The notes beneath the pieces were generated by a model that worked only from the letters and a program-made list of their open reading frames with translations, was not told the origin of the DNA and made no database searches. Shown here piece by piece: positions 47,010 through 61,144 of a stretch of 64,000 bases of DNA. The position numbers and the translations under genes are program-made. Location: IMG/VR virus record IMGVR_UViG_3300031669_000001, positions 248,001 to 312,000 of that record. The stretch is one strand, 5' to 3'. How positions within the stretch are numbered: position 1 is the stretch's first letter; every line of letters begins with the position of its first letter.

Positions 47010-47066
47010 TAGAAATGATTGTATCTCATCTTAATGAATTTGAACATTTTCTAGAAAGCGTCGTCG

Positions 47067-51299
<4,233 letters not shown>

Positions 51300-51300
51300 C

Positions 51301-52185
51301 ATGCCATTCTTATCTACTTTCGGCACGGCATCTGTTGGAGGTTTTCGTAAAAATAATTTACTGAAACTTCCTTCAAGTATTACATATTTGATTGTTGCAG
51401 GTGGAGGCGGCGGTGCTAAAGATAATTATTCTGGTGGTAGAGGTGCTGGAGGCGGTGGTGCTGGTGGATTATTGACGGGTGTAACATCCATTTCTCCCGC
51501 TACTTCATACCCTATAACAGTGGGAGCTGGTGGAGCTGGAGCAAATTCTTTAAATGGTTCAAATGGAACGAATTCTGTTTTTAATTCATTCATTGCGATA
51601 GGAGGCGGTGGAGGCGGTGGAGATAATAGTTCAGGAACACCTTACAATGGTTTAGCAGGAGGTTCAGGAGGCGGTGCAAGTCAGGGATCACCAGGTCAAA
51701 CAGGTGGAGCAGGAACAGCTGGTCAAGGAAATGCAGGCGGTAACTCTCCAACAAATTCTCCACCATACTGTGGAGCTGGTGGAGGTGGAGCTGGTGCCGT
51801 TGGATCCAACGGAGGATCATCAATAGGTAATGGAGGTATAGGATTATCGAGTTCTATAAGTGGAGTGTCGACGTACTATGCAGGCGGTGGTGGAAGTAAC
51901 AGCGGTCAAGGCGCAACCCCAGGTACTGGAGGAACCGGCGGAGGAGGAACCGGCGGACTTTATGGCGGTAGTGTAAATGGCATTTCAGGTACTGCAAACA
52001 CTGGTGGAGGCGGTGGAGGTGGAGCTTACGGTGGTAACGGTGGTAACGGTGGTTCAGGCATTGTTATCTTAAGCTTCTCTAATAATAGCTCTTTACCAAC
52101 TAATGTAACAGGATCTCCAACGATAACAAATGTCGGTGGAAATTACATCTACACCTGGACTACTAACGGTTCCATACAATGGTAA
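51301..52185 (+). CDS. Glycine-rich virion protein
   Basis: YLIVAGGGGG...GGGGAGG...GNGGSGIVIL pattern. Confidence 0.75.
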   Translation: MPFLSTFGTASVGGFRKNNLLKLPSSITYLIVAGGGGGAKDNYSGGRGAGGGGAGGLLTGVTSISPATSYPITVGAGGAGANSLNGSNGTNSVFNSFIAIGGGGGGGDNSSGTPYNGLAGGSGGGASQGSPGQTGGAGTAGQGNAGGNSPTNSPPYCGAGGGGAGAVGSNGGSSIGNGGIGLSSSISGVSTYYAGGGGSNSGQGATPGTGGTGGGGTGGLYGGSVNGISGTANTGGGGGGGAYGGNGGNGGSGIVILSFSNNSSLPTNVTGSPTITNVGGNYIYTWTTNGSIQW

Positions 52186-52188
52186 AAT

Positions 52189-52196
52189 CATAAATA
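52189..52196 (+). promoter_or_regulatory. Late promoter box
   Basis: CATAAATA upstream of 52213. Confidence 0.6.
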
Positions 52197-52212
52197 AGTC
52201 AAGGAACTCAAT

Positions 52213-54351
52213 ATGACAGTAACTAGCACAACTTTAGGCCCTAACACTGTAAACATCAACATCTCTGGTGAGTATAATGTTGGAAATATCATCAACGCGA
52301 TAGACAACGTGTTGACTACTCATAGTTGGGCCCAATTTGATCTCATCACTCCAACAAATGCATCCTACGCATACCAACGAATCTACAGGTCAACAAACGT
52401 AGATGGCACTTTCAAGTACATGCAGCTCTTCTTCTATCCCTGGAAACACAAGATCTTCATCGATTTCTTTGAGTCGTGGAACGCGACTACTCACGTCGGT
52501 ACAAATCAATGTTACATGGGTCCAATGGACATAGGTGCTAGCATAGATTATGGACAAACAGCTTGTAATATCTTAATCATGGCAAATTCTCATTGGTGCG
52601 TGATGATGTCAAGCTTCACATTGTCATATTCATCAATGACAGCAGATGCTCAATTTGGGCCTTGGGTCGGTTGCTTTGAAGTAACAAGAGACGCGTTAGA
52701 AGATACAATAGCTAATGGAATTCCATGTTGGTTTGCTACTACATCTTTAAAGTTGGCGAACGGTGGAACTACTGGAAACAATGGAACAATTCTTGAGAGC
52801 GGGTACAATGGAACCGCGCAATTTGCAGTGAGCTTTCCACGCACAAGCTTAGGAACAGGATACACTGCATCTATGCACTCTGGTTCAGTGACGCCTTATT
52901 TTAGCTCTGGTTGTCCAAATAACAATGCATCAATAGGTGCAATCCTTGGTAACGTGCTAGGTACGGCTTCAGCATTTTTTAATAATGGTGGAAATTATGC
53001 TTGGGATTTTACTAAAAAGATAGCAAGCTTGTTTAGAGTTAACGTTGGCGCTGAACTTCATGGAACAGTGATCGGTGCAAAGTTGATGTCTAATCAATTT
53101 TCTACTCAGGCAAAGGTAACGATGCCTCTTGATGCAAATTACATTTACAGCTCAGTTGGAACGCCCACGGATCATGTAGTGTTACCTCTTCAAGTTCAAA
53201 CTTATCGACAGTTAACTATCAACAATCTTCATCAATATAATACAATCAGCGCTGTAGGATTTTCAAATTCATCGATGACTTACTTCAAAAATATCTTCCT
53301 AGCACCAAATGGATATTATTATGTTTGCACGGGTGCATCGATCTACAAGATAAATCCGATATCAGTGCAAACGCTCGTCATCAGTGGGTTACCTGGTAAC
53401 TTGATAGATTCCTGTTTTGACGGTCGTTACATTTATACAGTTTCTAACTCTGCTAATGGAAGCGTTTATACCATTGACACCCAAAACTTTGACTCTGTCA
53501 TCACCAATACAACGGTGGGTGCAAATTTAACGCCTTATAGCATCTGCTGCGATGACGTAAACATTTGGGTAGGTTGTAGAAATTCCGTTGGACCTGCCAT
53601 CAATGTTGTCCAAATTACAAAATCTTCGCCAACAGCGGTAGCTTTTACTACCGCCTGTGCAAATTCTGCATCGGTTTCTTACCCTCTAACCGTGATACCT
53701 GATAATGATGGAAATTGCTTCACAATTGGATCACAGAATATTTGGACAAGTAATAATACTAATGTCCAAAATTATTCTTGGAAGATAGCCCCAGGTGGTA
53801 CTACAACGTCTCTATCTAGCGGCGTGTGGAGCCAGATGTGTGGTCAAATGTTAGTAGGTCCAAGAAAGATTTTAACCTTTGGCGCGTCAACGTACTCAAA
53901 CTTTAATTTAATGCTTGTATCATCGCAAACTTTGTCAACAGATACTCTTACACAAAGCACTAGCATTTGTATGCAAACGTCAGGTTCAAACTATTTCACG
54001 AATACAGTAGGCGGTAATAATACAACTACAGGTAATCTTCAAACGATGGCATTAAATCACCCGATAAAGTTGAGCACGTATGGAAGTACAGTCCTGCTCA
54101 ATCAAAGTGGTGGTACCTATGGAACTGCTATGTACGTAAATACTGCAGTCAACTCAAACTTAGTGTTCAACACTCAAACTTATTTGAATGATCAAACTGT
54201 CCAGAGTTGGCAAGGTTTTGGAGAGATGAAGTACAATCAATGGTTTGGATTGAGTGGAAATGGTGGTGGCTCGCTGGTCGCAGTTTATAACATTTTTAGA
54301 GCAGACGACATCAACAGTTACGCATCAGGAAGAATGATCTTACCGTATTAA
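52213..54351 (+). CDS. Putative receptor-binding/fibre protein A (beta-propeller-like middle)
   Basis: Asn/Thr/Ser-rich; DGRYIY and ICCDDVNIWVG repeats; paralogue of the next gene. Confidence 0.6.
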   Translation: MTVTSTTLGPNTVNINISGEYNVGNIINAIDNVLTTHSWAQFDLITPTNASYAYQRIYRSTNVDGTFKYMQLFFYPWKHKIFIDFFESWNATTHVGTNQCYMGPMDIGASIDYGQTACNILIMANSHWCVMMSSFTLSYSSMTADAQFGPWVGCFEVTRDALEDTIANGIPCWFATTSLKLANGGTTGNNGTILESGYNGTAQFAVSFPRTSLGTGYTASMHSGSVTPYFSSGCPNNNASIGAILGNVLGTASAFFNNGGNYAWDFTKKIASLFRVNVGAELHGTVIGAKLMSNQFSTQAKVTMPLDANYIYSSVGTPTDHVVLPLQVQTYRQLTINNLHQYNTISAVGFSNSSMTYFKNIFLAPNGYYYVCTGASIYKINPISVQTLVISGLPGNLIDSCFDGRYIYTVSNSANGSVYTIDTQNFDSVITNTTVGANLTPYSICCDDVNIWVGCRNSVGPAINVVQITKSSPTAVAFTTACANSASVSYPLTVIPDNDGNCFTIGSQNIWTSNNTNVQNYSWKIAPGGTTTSLSSGVWSQMCGQMLVGPRKILTFGASTYSNFNLMLVSSQTLSTDTLTQSTSICMQTSGSNYFTNTVGGNNTTTGNLQTMALNHPIKLSTYGSTVLLNQSGGTYGTAMYVNTAVNSNLVFNTQTYLNDQTVQSWQGFGEMKYNQWFGLSGNGGGSLVAVYNIFRADDINSYASGRMILPY

Positions 54352-54363
54352 CAGGAGCAACAA

Positions 54364-56442
54364 ATGACAATAACAAGTACCAGCATCGGCACAAACTCCA
54401 TCGACATCAACATAAACGGTGAGTTAAACTCTGGCGGAATCATCACTGCAGTAGACGCAGCTCTTGTAGCTCAAGGATGGGCACAATTCGACTTGATCAC
54501 CCCTACTGGCGCGGCTTTCGCATACCAACGAATCTACAGGTCAACGAACATTGATGGAAGCACCTACAAGTACATGCAGCTCTTCTTCTATCCTTCAGAA
54601 ACAAAAATCTTCATCGATTTCTTTGAGTCGTGGAACGCGACTACTCACGTCGGTACAAATCAATGCTTTTGGGGTCCGATGGACGTAGGTGCATTTGTAC
54701 AATATTCTTACGCGCTGTGTGACATCATCATCTTGGTATCCCCTCGGTGGGTAGTGTTCCAAACTTTCATTAACAATGAACCAGGACCTTGGGTAGGTGC
54801 TTTTGAATGTGAACGTGATGCGCCTGAAGATACTCTGTTAGCAGGATTCCCTGCATGGTTTGCAACAACTTCTTACATGTTGGGAAGTGGCGCTTCTTGT
54901 TACGGTCTTGAATCTGGCGTAGCTGGACAAGCTTCATATAGTGTAGCTTTTCCAAGAAACAATTATGGAACGGGATACTTGGCATCGATGTATTCTGGAG
55001 TAACTACACCTTATTATGGATCTGGTTCAGTGAGTACAGCAAATCCAGCTACGTGGGCAAGTAATCTCGCTTCATCTACAGCATCATTTGGAAATTACGC
55101 GTGGAATACCGCTAATAAAATTGTTTGTGCATTTAGACCTCGCGTTCAAGCTGAGATTCATGGACGTGCGATAGGACCAAAAATTACAGGCGGTGCTTAT
55201 TCTATCTACAACAAGATAAACATGAACGTAGATGCAAGTTACATGTGGGTATCTACAGGTGGAACATCAACGGATCATTGGGTTCTTCCTCTTCACAATT
55301 TTACATATCGCGGTCCAACACAAACTGTAAACATTCCTCATGCCAGCCTCACGATGATTACAAATTCTACAACGATGTACAGGAAGATTTATCTTGCACA
55401 AAATGGATATTATTACGCGTTGGCAATCACTGGAGCTCTACATAAGATCAATGTAACTACTTTAGTATTGAGCGTTGTTGCAAGCACTGGTAACTTGACA
55501 GATATATGTTATGATGGACAGTACATCTGGGGTGCAGTGTACGCTGCAAATGGAACATTAATGCAGATAGATACCAATAACTCTGATACAGTTACTATAG
55601 GGGCTGCAGTTGGAGCATCAATGTCGCCTGTATCCATCGCATGTGATGATACAAATATTTGGATTGGTTGTTATTTCGCTGGGCAAGCAAAGGTGGTGCA
55701 GATAGTAAAAGCTACACCATCTGCCGTCGCTTTTACAACATCTTTAACTGGTGCTACCTCAACTCCTTATCCAATATCTATCATCGTAGATAATGATGGA
55801 AATGCTATGGTTGGAACATCTAATATCTTTTCTAGTGCAAGTCAAAATTTTGGTATAACTTACACTAACTTTTTCCAAGTTAAACCAGGTGGAACACAAG
55901 TAGCTTTTGGTTTGACTGGACAAGCAGATTGTCAAGGTGTTTTGATGATTGCACCAAGAAAATGTTTGTTAGTTGATCAATCAAACACTAATAATTCTTC
56001 TACTTCATTGTCAGCATATACAGTAAGCACTGATACTAGCACCTTAAGCATCAACATAATTCAAACGCTAGTAGCAGTTAGCAGTTTGAATAATACTCTT
56101 CAATGGTGTGCTAATACAATATCTAATACTAATATGAAGATTAGCATGATAGGTGGAATTCCAAATTGCATGTTTGCATCTACTCAAGGTTTAACAAACT
56201 TAGGTACATTTTATGTTAACACTCCAATTCACGGTAATGTACCTATAACAGCTATCGCTACTTATATTGATTTAGTTTCATCAGAAATAACCACTCCCGT
56301 TTGGGGTGAATTTAAGTACAACATGTACTATGGAACTAATAACGTAAATCTTTACGTTTCGACCAGCGTCTGGCGCGCTGATGATGGATATGCTACAACG
56401 GTCGGCGCGGTTGGTGCTGGTCGATTGTTGTTGCCAGTATAA
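54364..56442 (+). CDS. Putative receptor-binding/fibre protein B (paralogue of 52213)
   Basis: Shared YQRIYRSTN.DG..KYMQLFFYP...IFIDFFESWNATTHVGTNQC block and overall domain order. Confidence 0.6.
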   Translation: MTITSTSIGTNSIDININGELNSGGIITAVDAALVAQGWAQFDLITPTGAAFAYQRIYRSTNIDGSTYKYMQLFFYPSETKIFIDFFESWNATTHVGTNQCFWGPMDVGAFVQYSYALCDIIILVSPRWVVFQTFINNEPGPWVGAFECERDAPEDTLLAGFPAWFATTSYMLGSGASCYGLESGVAGQASYSVAFPRNNYGTGYLASMYSGVTTPYYGSGSVSTANPATWASNLASSTASFGNYAWNTANKIVCAFRPRVQAEIHGRAIGPKITGGAYSIYNKINMNVDASYMWVSTGGTSTDHWVLPLHNFTYRGPTQTVNIPHASLTMITNSTTMYRKIYLAQNGYYYALAITGALHKINVTTLVLSVVASTGNLTDICYDGQYIWGAVYAANGTLMQIDTNNSDTVTIGAAVGASMSPVSIACDDTNIWIGCYFAGQAKVVQIVKATPSAVAFTTSLTGATSTPYPISIIVDNDGNAMVGTSNIFSSASQNFGITYTNFFQVKPGGTQVAFGLTGQADCQGVLMIAPRKCLLVDQSNTNNSSTSLSAYTVSTDTSTLSINIIQTLVAVSSLNNTLQWCANTISNTNMKISMIGGIPNCMFASTQGLTNLGTFYVNTPIHGNVPITAIATYIDLVSSEITTPVWGEFKYNMYYGTNNVNLYVSTSVWRADDGYATTVGAVGAGRLLLPV

Positions 56443-56443
56443 C

Positions 56444-56722
56444 ATGATCAACGTTACTACTTACGTTACTGATACAGTTGAAGATTTTGCTGCGATAATT
56501 GTCACAGGTGAATTTTCACACAGTTTACAGTGGATTTTTGCAAACGGGGCGTCATTAAATATACAAGGAATCAGTGACTTTATAAATTTAGCGATTACAC
56601 CAGATGCAGCTCAAGCCGTTGCTCGTCCGATAGGAACAGGTTTCTTTGGAAGAGTTGCGGAAACTGTATCAGATTTGATAACTGGAACAGGTGCGGGTGT
56701 GCTGACACAAAGATGGTCTTAA
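56444..56722 (+). CDS. Hypothetical protein (start MINVTT)
   Basis: 92-aa ORF after the fibre stop. Confidence 0.55.
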   Translation: MINVTTYVTDTVEDFAAIIVTGEFSHSLQWIFANGASLNIQGISDFINLAITPDAAQAVARPIGTGFFGRVAETVSDLITGTGAGVLTQRWS

Positions 56723-56739
56723 ATTAAAGAGGAGAAAAT

Positions 56740-56925
56740 ATGGCAATATCTTACGATCAAGCAAAAACTATGATGAATGTACCATACATCTATTACGATG
56801 TTCCTGCAACTTATAACCCGATTCAACATCACTACATGATTTATGATGGTACAAAAATCATACTCGGTTTTGCGCAATCAGAAGATGCATTAGCAAGCTA
56901 TCAACTTCAAGCTCCACCTCCTTAA
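56740..56925 (+). CDS. Hypothetical protein
   Basis: GAGGAG RBS. Confidence 0.6.
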   Translation: MAISYDQAKTMMNVPYIYYDVPATYNPIQHHYMIYDGTKIILGFAQSEDALASYQLQAPPP

Positions 56926-57755
56926 AGCGAGGTTGGAACCTTGAGCTTCTTGTTTTTGATTCCTAAATGAGCCTGCTTGAGAATGTCCTCATACTTTTCA
57001 GCGTGAAGAAATTTAGGGGACCTGATGGCCTTGAGAGTGCCTTCAAAGGTCGATACTTGTTTAGGTGTTACTCCGGGACCAAACATCAACTTGGTCACCT
57101 TCGTTGGATCATCTGACACTACTTTCTTTTCAATCGTAGCAAAGTTCTTTCCTACCTTACCCTTCACGTTTACTCTAGACCTAACACCAACCATCAAACC
57201 TCTAGCGAGATCGTAGAAGTAACGCTTCACTTCTAGAGGCTCTCCCTTGTCGTCTTTCTTAAGGATTGTTTGTGGCATGTACTTCGCGATCGCGAAGAAG
57301 AGTTCGTTGCGCTGAGCACCTTTAAGACCATCTGCAAGATCTACAGGGTTAGCTTGATAGGACCACTCTGCGAAGTTGATGTTGTTGACAGGCATCAAGT
57401 CAACCTGTACGAGCTTGTCACCAACCGGGTACGCGAAGGAGAATACTCCAATGCCCTTCATGATTCTGGATGAGTGATTTCCCGCCAGCTCTTTTAGATG
57501 TTCATCGATGACGTTAGGATCACACTCGACCGCAACATCTAGATCTCCAGAGAGATCTGAATCTTGAGGTTTCTTTCCTGCAGAACCAATCAGCTTCACC
57601 TTGCTAGGTGATAGGCTTAGGATCGATTGAATGTTCTTGATAAGTTCAGGAGCAACCTCACGAACTTCAGCTTGAGTGATCTCTGATACCCCCTTCAAGG
57701 CTTTGCCCCCTTCTGTGAGGAGTGAGGGTGATTGGCATAATTCGAGTAGCTTCAT
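56922..57755 (-). CDS. Pol-beta-superfamily nucleotidyltransferase with L-x-E N-terminal tag
   Basis: LIGSAGKK...SGDLDVAVE and third Asp in VQVDLM; MKLLEL...LLTE-GG. Confidence 0.75.
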   Translation of the reverse strand: MKLLELCQSPSLLTEGGKALKGVSEITQAEVREVAPELIKNIQSILSLSPSKVKLIGSAGKKPQDSDLSGDLDVAVECDPNVIDEHLKELAGNHSSRIMKGIGVFSFAYPVGDKLVQVDLMPVNNINFAEWSYQANPVDLADGLKGAQRNELFFAIAKYMPQTILKKDDKGEPLEVKRYFYDLARGLMVGVRSRVNVKGKVGKNFATIEKKVVSDDPTKVTKLMFGPGVTPKQVSTFEGTLKAIRSPKFLHAEKYEDILKQAHLGIKNKKLKVPTSL

Positions 57756-57761
57756 GTAATC

Positions 57762-57769
57762 TATTTATC
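57762..57769 (-). promoter_or_regulatory. Late promoter box
   Basis: GATAAATA 7 nt upstream of ATG 57755. Confidence 0.65.
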
Positions 57770-57832
57770 TGCAAACCAACACCTCCAACCAAAACACTGA
57801 CCTCTAGATACAGAGATAAGTTGAAACCATTT

Positions 57833-58192
57833 TTAATAGGAATCAGCACAAATGTTGAATGCTTGAGCGTAAGGGATTCGATAGAGCTTGCAGATTTCAT
57901 CAAGCGCGAACTTTGGAGTGTTACCTTCTTGAATGTATTCCTTGTAGTCCATCACTATCTTGTGAATGGATGATGGAAGTAAATTTCGGAATTCAGGCTC
58001 ATCATCGCTCATCTTGTGAGTTTGTTTGCCACCTATTTGATTGACCAATTTCCTCGGACGACCTCTGGTCTTCTTTACATCATTTGATTCTATCGGGTGA
58101 TCGTGATCCCGAAAAGGTTTTCCAAGAATGTCAGCCCATAAAAGAGCTGAAACGTGAGGGCGAGAGGTGTCTATTGCAGTATCTTCTGTCAT
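57833..58192 (-). CDS. Hypothetical protein with AT-hook-like RGRPRK
   Basis: 119-aa ORF. Confidence 0.5.
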   Translation of the reverse strand: MTEDTAIDTSRPHVSALLWADILGKPFRDHDHPIESNDVKKTRGRPRKLVNQIGGKQTHKMSDDEPEFRNLLPSSIHKIVMDYKEYIQEGNTPKFALDEICKLYRIPYAQAFNICADSY

Positions 58193-58281
58193 TGTAATCT
58201 TTCTTATGGATTTAGTTATTCCAACTTCGTGGATTTACTCAACCGAGAGAATTTGCTGCTAGGTGAGCTGGAGGTGATGCG

Positions 58282-58551
58282 TTAAATCAGATGGTGTAAT
58301 TGTGCTTTTGCTATCATGTCAGAGATAACTTTTTCACCTTTGAATACTTTCTTTAAAAGCTCGTCAGCTTCGTGATGTTCACGAGTAGCGATCAAATATG
58401 CATGATAGACAGCTAAAGTGTCAAAGCAAGATGGTCTTAGGATCTGTGCGGTCTTAGTATTGACTAATGCTTTTTCTTCTAGGTTAATCTTGATGTGACA
58501 CATTCCAATTATTCTCATATTTGCTGACGAAATGCAATTGTTGAATTTCAT
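58282..58551 (-). CDS. Hypothetical protein (start MKFNNC)
   Basis: 89-aa ORF. Confidence 0.45.
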   Translation of the reverse strand: MKFNNCISSANMRIIGMCHIKINLEEKALVNTKTAQILRPSCFDTLAVYHAYLIATREHHEADELLKKVFKGEKVISDMIAKAQLHHLI

Positions 58552-58599
58552 TTCGTCAGCACGCTGGCGAACCAACGTGCTAGTTGTTAGATTTCTTTA

Positions 58600-58936
58600 A
58601 TAAGGTAGAAAGCTTTCACCCTCTATTCTAAACCTCAGGCAACAATTAAGCTGCCAGAGCCAGAGCTCCGTTTGCGTCGTTTGCATTTACATGCTTGTCA
58701 GATTTACGGTCTGTACTCACCGAGTTGTAAAATTAAGGTACGTCCCTACTCAATCGAAACCAGGTACACCCCCATTAGGGGGCACTAGTTACTTTGATCC
58801 GACCTGGGTTCAGGTGTTAATGCGAATCAGGGAGCTCTAGTGCTCGGTGGAGGTGGGGAGAATCGAACTCCCGTCTTGCGCAGCTTTCGCTTTTTCCTTT
58901 CAGCAGTTTCCTGCCATACAACCATCTTTACTACTT
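58600..58936 (-). ncRNA. ssrA: Circularly permuted (two-piece) tmRNA gene; outer ends approximate
   Basis: The T-arm GGGAG-TTCGATT-CTCCC and acceptor strand CACCTCC-A-CC (58875-58846) come BEFORE the 5' strand GGGGGTG-TACCTGGTTTCGA (from 58773). G3:U wobble present; pk1-like CGGT/ACCG + CAG/CTG; tag ORF 58684-58646 ANDANGALALAA*. Confidence 0.93.
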
Positions 58937-58942
58937 GAATCC

Positions 58943-58971
58943 ATTATAACAAATTGATACATGAAAGTACA
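58943..58971 (-). promoter_or_regulatory. Promoter of the tmRNA gene
   Basis: TGTACT-N17-TATAAT. Confidence 0.8.
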
Positions 58972-59195
58972 TTATTTATTTGCGGGCTTTTGATTCCAAT
59001 AGATAGTTGCGAGCGTGAGAAGAACACCCACACCCATTCCTAGGAAAAAAGCTGTGGAGTAGCACAGCACATACTCTAAAATGATTTCCACGTTAAGCTC
59101 CAGCGATCAGAATAGCAAATATTACGAATGCAATGAAGAAATGACCTGTCACCAGGAATAGGAGCGCTAGGACTGCTAGGATCTGGACAGTATTT

Positions 59196-59750
59196 CTACT
59201 CATTTGTTTCTCCATAAAGTGTGTTAGGTAAACCTTTGCGTTGAAGCTTTGCACGAGAACGAGCAATCAACGTTTCTGCTGTCGTTGGGTCCTTAACATC
59301 TCCAATAGTAATTGGTTTTACAGTCAAAACTTTCTTGACTTTCCTGTCCATGGATCCAACGATTCTTTGTTGCTTGTGTTTCAGCAGAGTTACCTCTCTG
59401 CATCGTCTAACTACGCTCTTGAGCTCGCCTATCAGAACGTTAGACATCAAGTTAATAGAAAGAGCGTCAGGCATCTCACAGCCGCCGCTACCAATGTACA
59501 TCTCTTCGCGAAGCAGATTATCGGCGGTGTCTTCGATGTCGAGGCGCAGCTTACTCGATATGAAGTTGAGAGTTTTTACGCTCAACATTCCAGCCTCAGC
59601 TGCGCGGACAGCGTCGGCCATGATTGCTTGGACGCTATGAATCTTCACTGAAAGCTTTCTCGTGTACTTTGGATCATTGAGAAAGTTCAATCTGTCTGCT
59701 AGGTAGATCGCAGCTGGTGTCTTACCAAAGGTGTGCTTATCTAGATTCAT
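59196..59750 (-). CDS. Hypothetical protein
   Basis: 184-aa ORF in a coupled operon. Confidence 0.6.
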   Translation of the reverse strand: MNLDKHTFGKTPAAIYLADRLNFLNDPKYTRKLSVKIHSVQAIMADAVRAAEAGMLSVKTLNFISSKLRLDIEDTADNLLREEMYIGSGGCEMPDALSINLMSNVLIGELKSVVRRCREVTLLKHKQQRIVGSMDRKVKKVLTVKPITIGDVKDPTTAETLIARSRAKLQRKGLPNTLYGETNE

Positions 59751-60055
59751 TTTACTTGTGCCGTAAATTTTTGTGCTTTTGTTTGGAGTTCCTGAGCAAA
59801 TGCATTTTGATTCATTCCAGCTATCTCAATGTGTAGCTCACATTTAGCGCCTGTTTCTGCATCAAGAACTTCGTCGACGCTGTGGATTCTTCCTTCATTT
59901 TTCTCAACAAACAAGAAGTAGCTAAACAGCATCTCTAAAAATTCATCCTTCTTGCTACCAAGCACGCTGAATACGATGACAAGATCGTTTGCCTTTGGTG
60001 CAGGCTTCATCAAAGTTAACTTGATGAATTTTTCCTCATCATTTTTCCAGCTCAT
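59747..60055 (-). CDS. Hypothetical protein
   Basis: 102-aa ORF. Confidence 0.6.
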   Translation of the reverse strand: MSWKNDEEKFIKLTLMKPAPKANDLVIVFSVLGSKKDEFLEMLFSYFLFVEKNEGRIHSVDEVLDAETGAKCELHIEIAGMNQNAFAQELQTKAQKFTAQVK

Positions 60056-60813
60056 TTCTTTCCCTTTATAGGCTTTGGTATCGTTACTTTACGAACAGGT
60101 TTCACTTTACGCTGTGATCTAAAGGCGCTAGCTATAGTATCAGATGAGCTCCTTACTGGTGAACCTGTTGAGCTGTATTGTTCACCAGTTTCCAAGTCAA
60201 CTATCACGTATTTTCCTGGACAATCAGTCGTGATTATGATGTCGACTTCATGATCTAACCCCTCGATGACATTACCAGTCAAGAGCTTCCGCTGTAAACC
60301 TCCGCTAGCTTTGAGAGCTGATCTTGACGCTTGTACGCCTTCAAGCATCGTGTCAATCTGTGTTTTGTTACAAACTTCTTCTGTGATAAGCCTGCGAAGC
60401 TTCGTTGAATCCATAGCTTTAACGAACGTTTCTGGCAAATCAGCTGGGCCAGATGCTACATATCGTCCAGAGGCGGTGATCGTTGGCTGATTATTCACCT
60501 TGATCTTACCTAGAACATCGAGAGCCTTTTTAAGTGCAAGCTCTTTCGTTATAACTTCACGAACCTCAACCTTCACTTTACACGCTGTGTTGAAGAGCTT
60601 GGTAACCCTGATGCGAAGCTCTTTCATAAGATCTGTGTTCTGGTAGTTCACAGAATATTTGTAGCTTGGATTTACAGAAAATTGTGCAGACTTAAAAGCC
60701 GGCCAAAAATCAATGGTGGATAGCTTTCCCGATGTCATTTGCTTGTACATGTTGTCAGCAACTTGCTGTAGTTCGTTTTCTGTCCACTTAAACTTATGCG
60801 CAGTCTTCGTCAT
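60052..60813 (-). CDS. Hypothetical protein
   Basis: 253-aa ORF. Confidence 0.65.
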   Translation of the reverse strand: MTKTAHKFKWTENELQQVADNMYKQMTSGKLSTIDFWPAFKSAQFSVNPSYKYSVNYQNTDLMKELRIRVTKLFNTACKVKVEVREVITKELALKKALDVLGKIKVNNQPTITASGRYVASGPADLPETFVKAMDSTKLRRLITEEVCNKTQIDTMLEGVQASRSALKASGGLQRKLLTGNVIEGLDHEVDIIITTDCPGKYVIVDLETGEQYSSTGSPVRSSSDTIASAFRSQRKVKPVRKVTIPKPIKGKK

Positions 60814-61144
60814 CTTCTTTTTCTCCGGGAGTTAAAAAGTTGTTCCAGCAAAGTTTCATTTCTTCGTTAAACTCTAACGTTTCGACGTTGAATGGGATTA
60901 TCTCTAGAGTCTCCAAATCAAGTCTATCAAACCTAATACCCATCAACTCAGCAGCGTAAACAGGAATAGGTCCATCAAAGATTCCATTATGTTCAGGAAC
61001 GAAGTCGATTTGGCACTTATCACACCAAAGATGCTTCGCGTATTCTGACCACTGTGTGTTCTCATTACCACACTTACAAGGTGCTATGTCATACTTTCTT
61101 GGTGGCTGAACGTAGCACCAAGTTCGCTTAATCAGCTCTGCCAT
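60794..61144 (-). CDS. Zn-finger-like hypothetical protein
   Basis: CKC...WSEY..HLWCDKC. Confidence 0.6.
   Translation of the reverse strand: MAELIKRTWCYVQPPRKYDIAPCKCGNENTQWSEYAKHLWCDKCQIDFVPEHNGIFDGPIPVYAAELMGIRFDRLDLETLEIIPFNVETLEFNEEMKLCWNNFLTPGEKEDDEDCA

Noticed and set aside
58846-58875. Stand-alone tRNA gene suggested by the TTCGATT T-loop
   Set aside because: No anticodon arm or matching 5' acceptor strand upstream; its partner lies downstream, so it is part of the permuted tmRNA.
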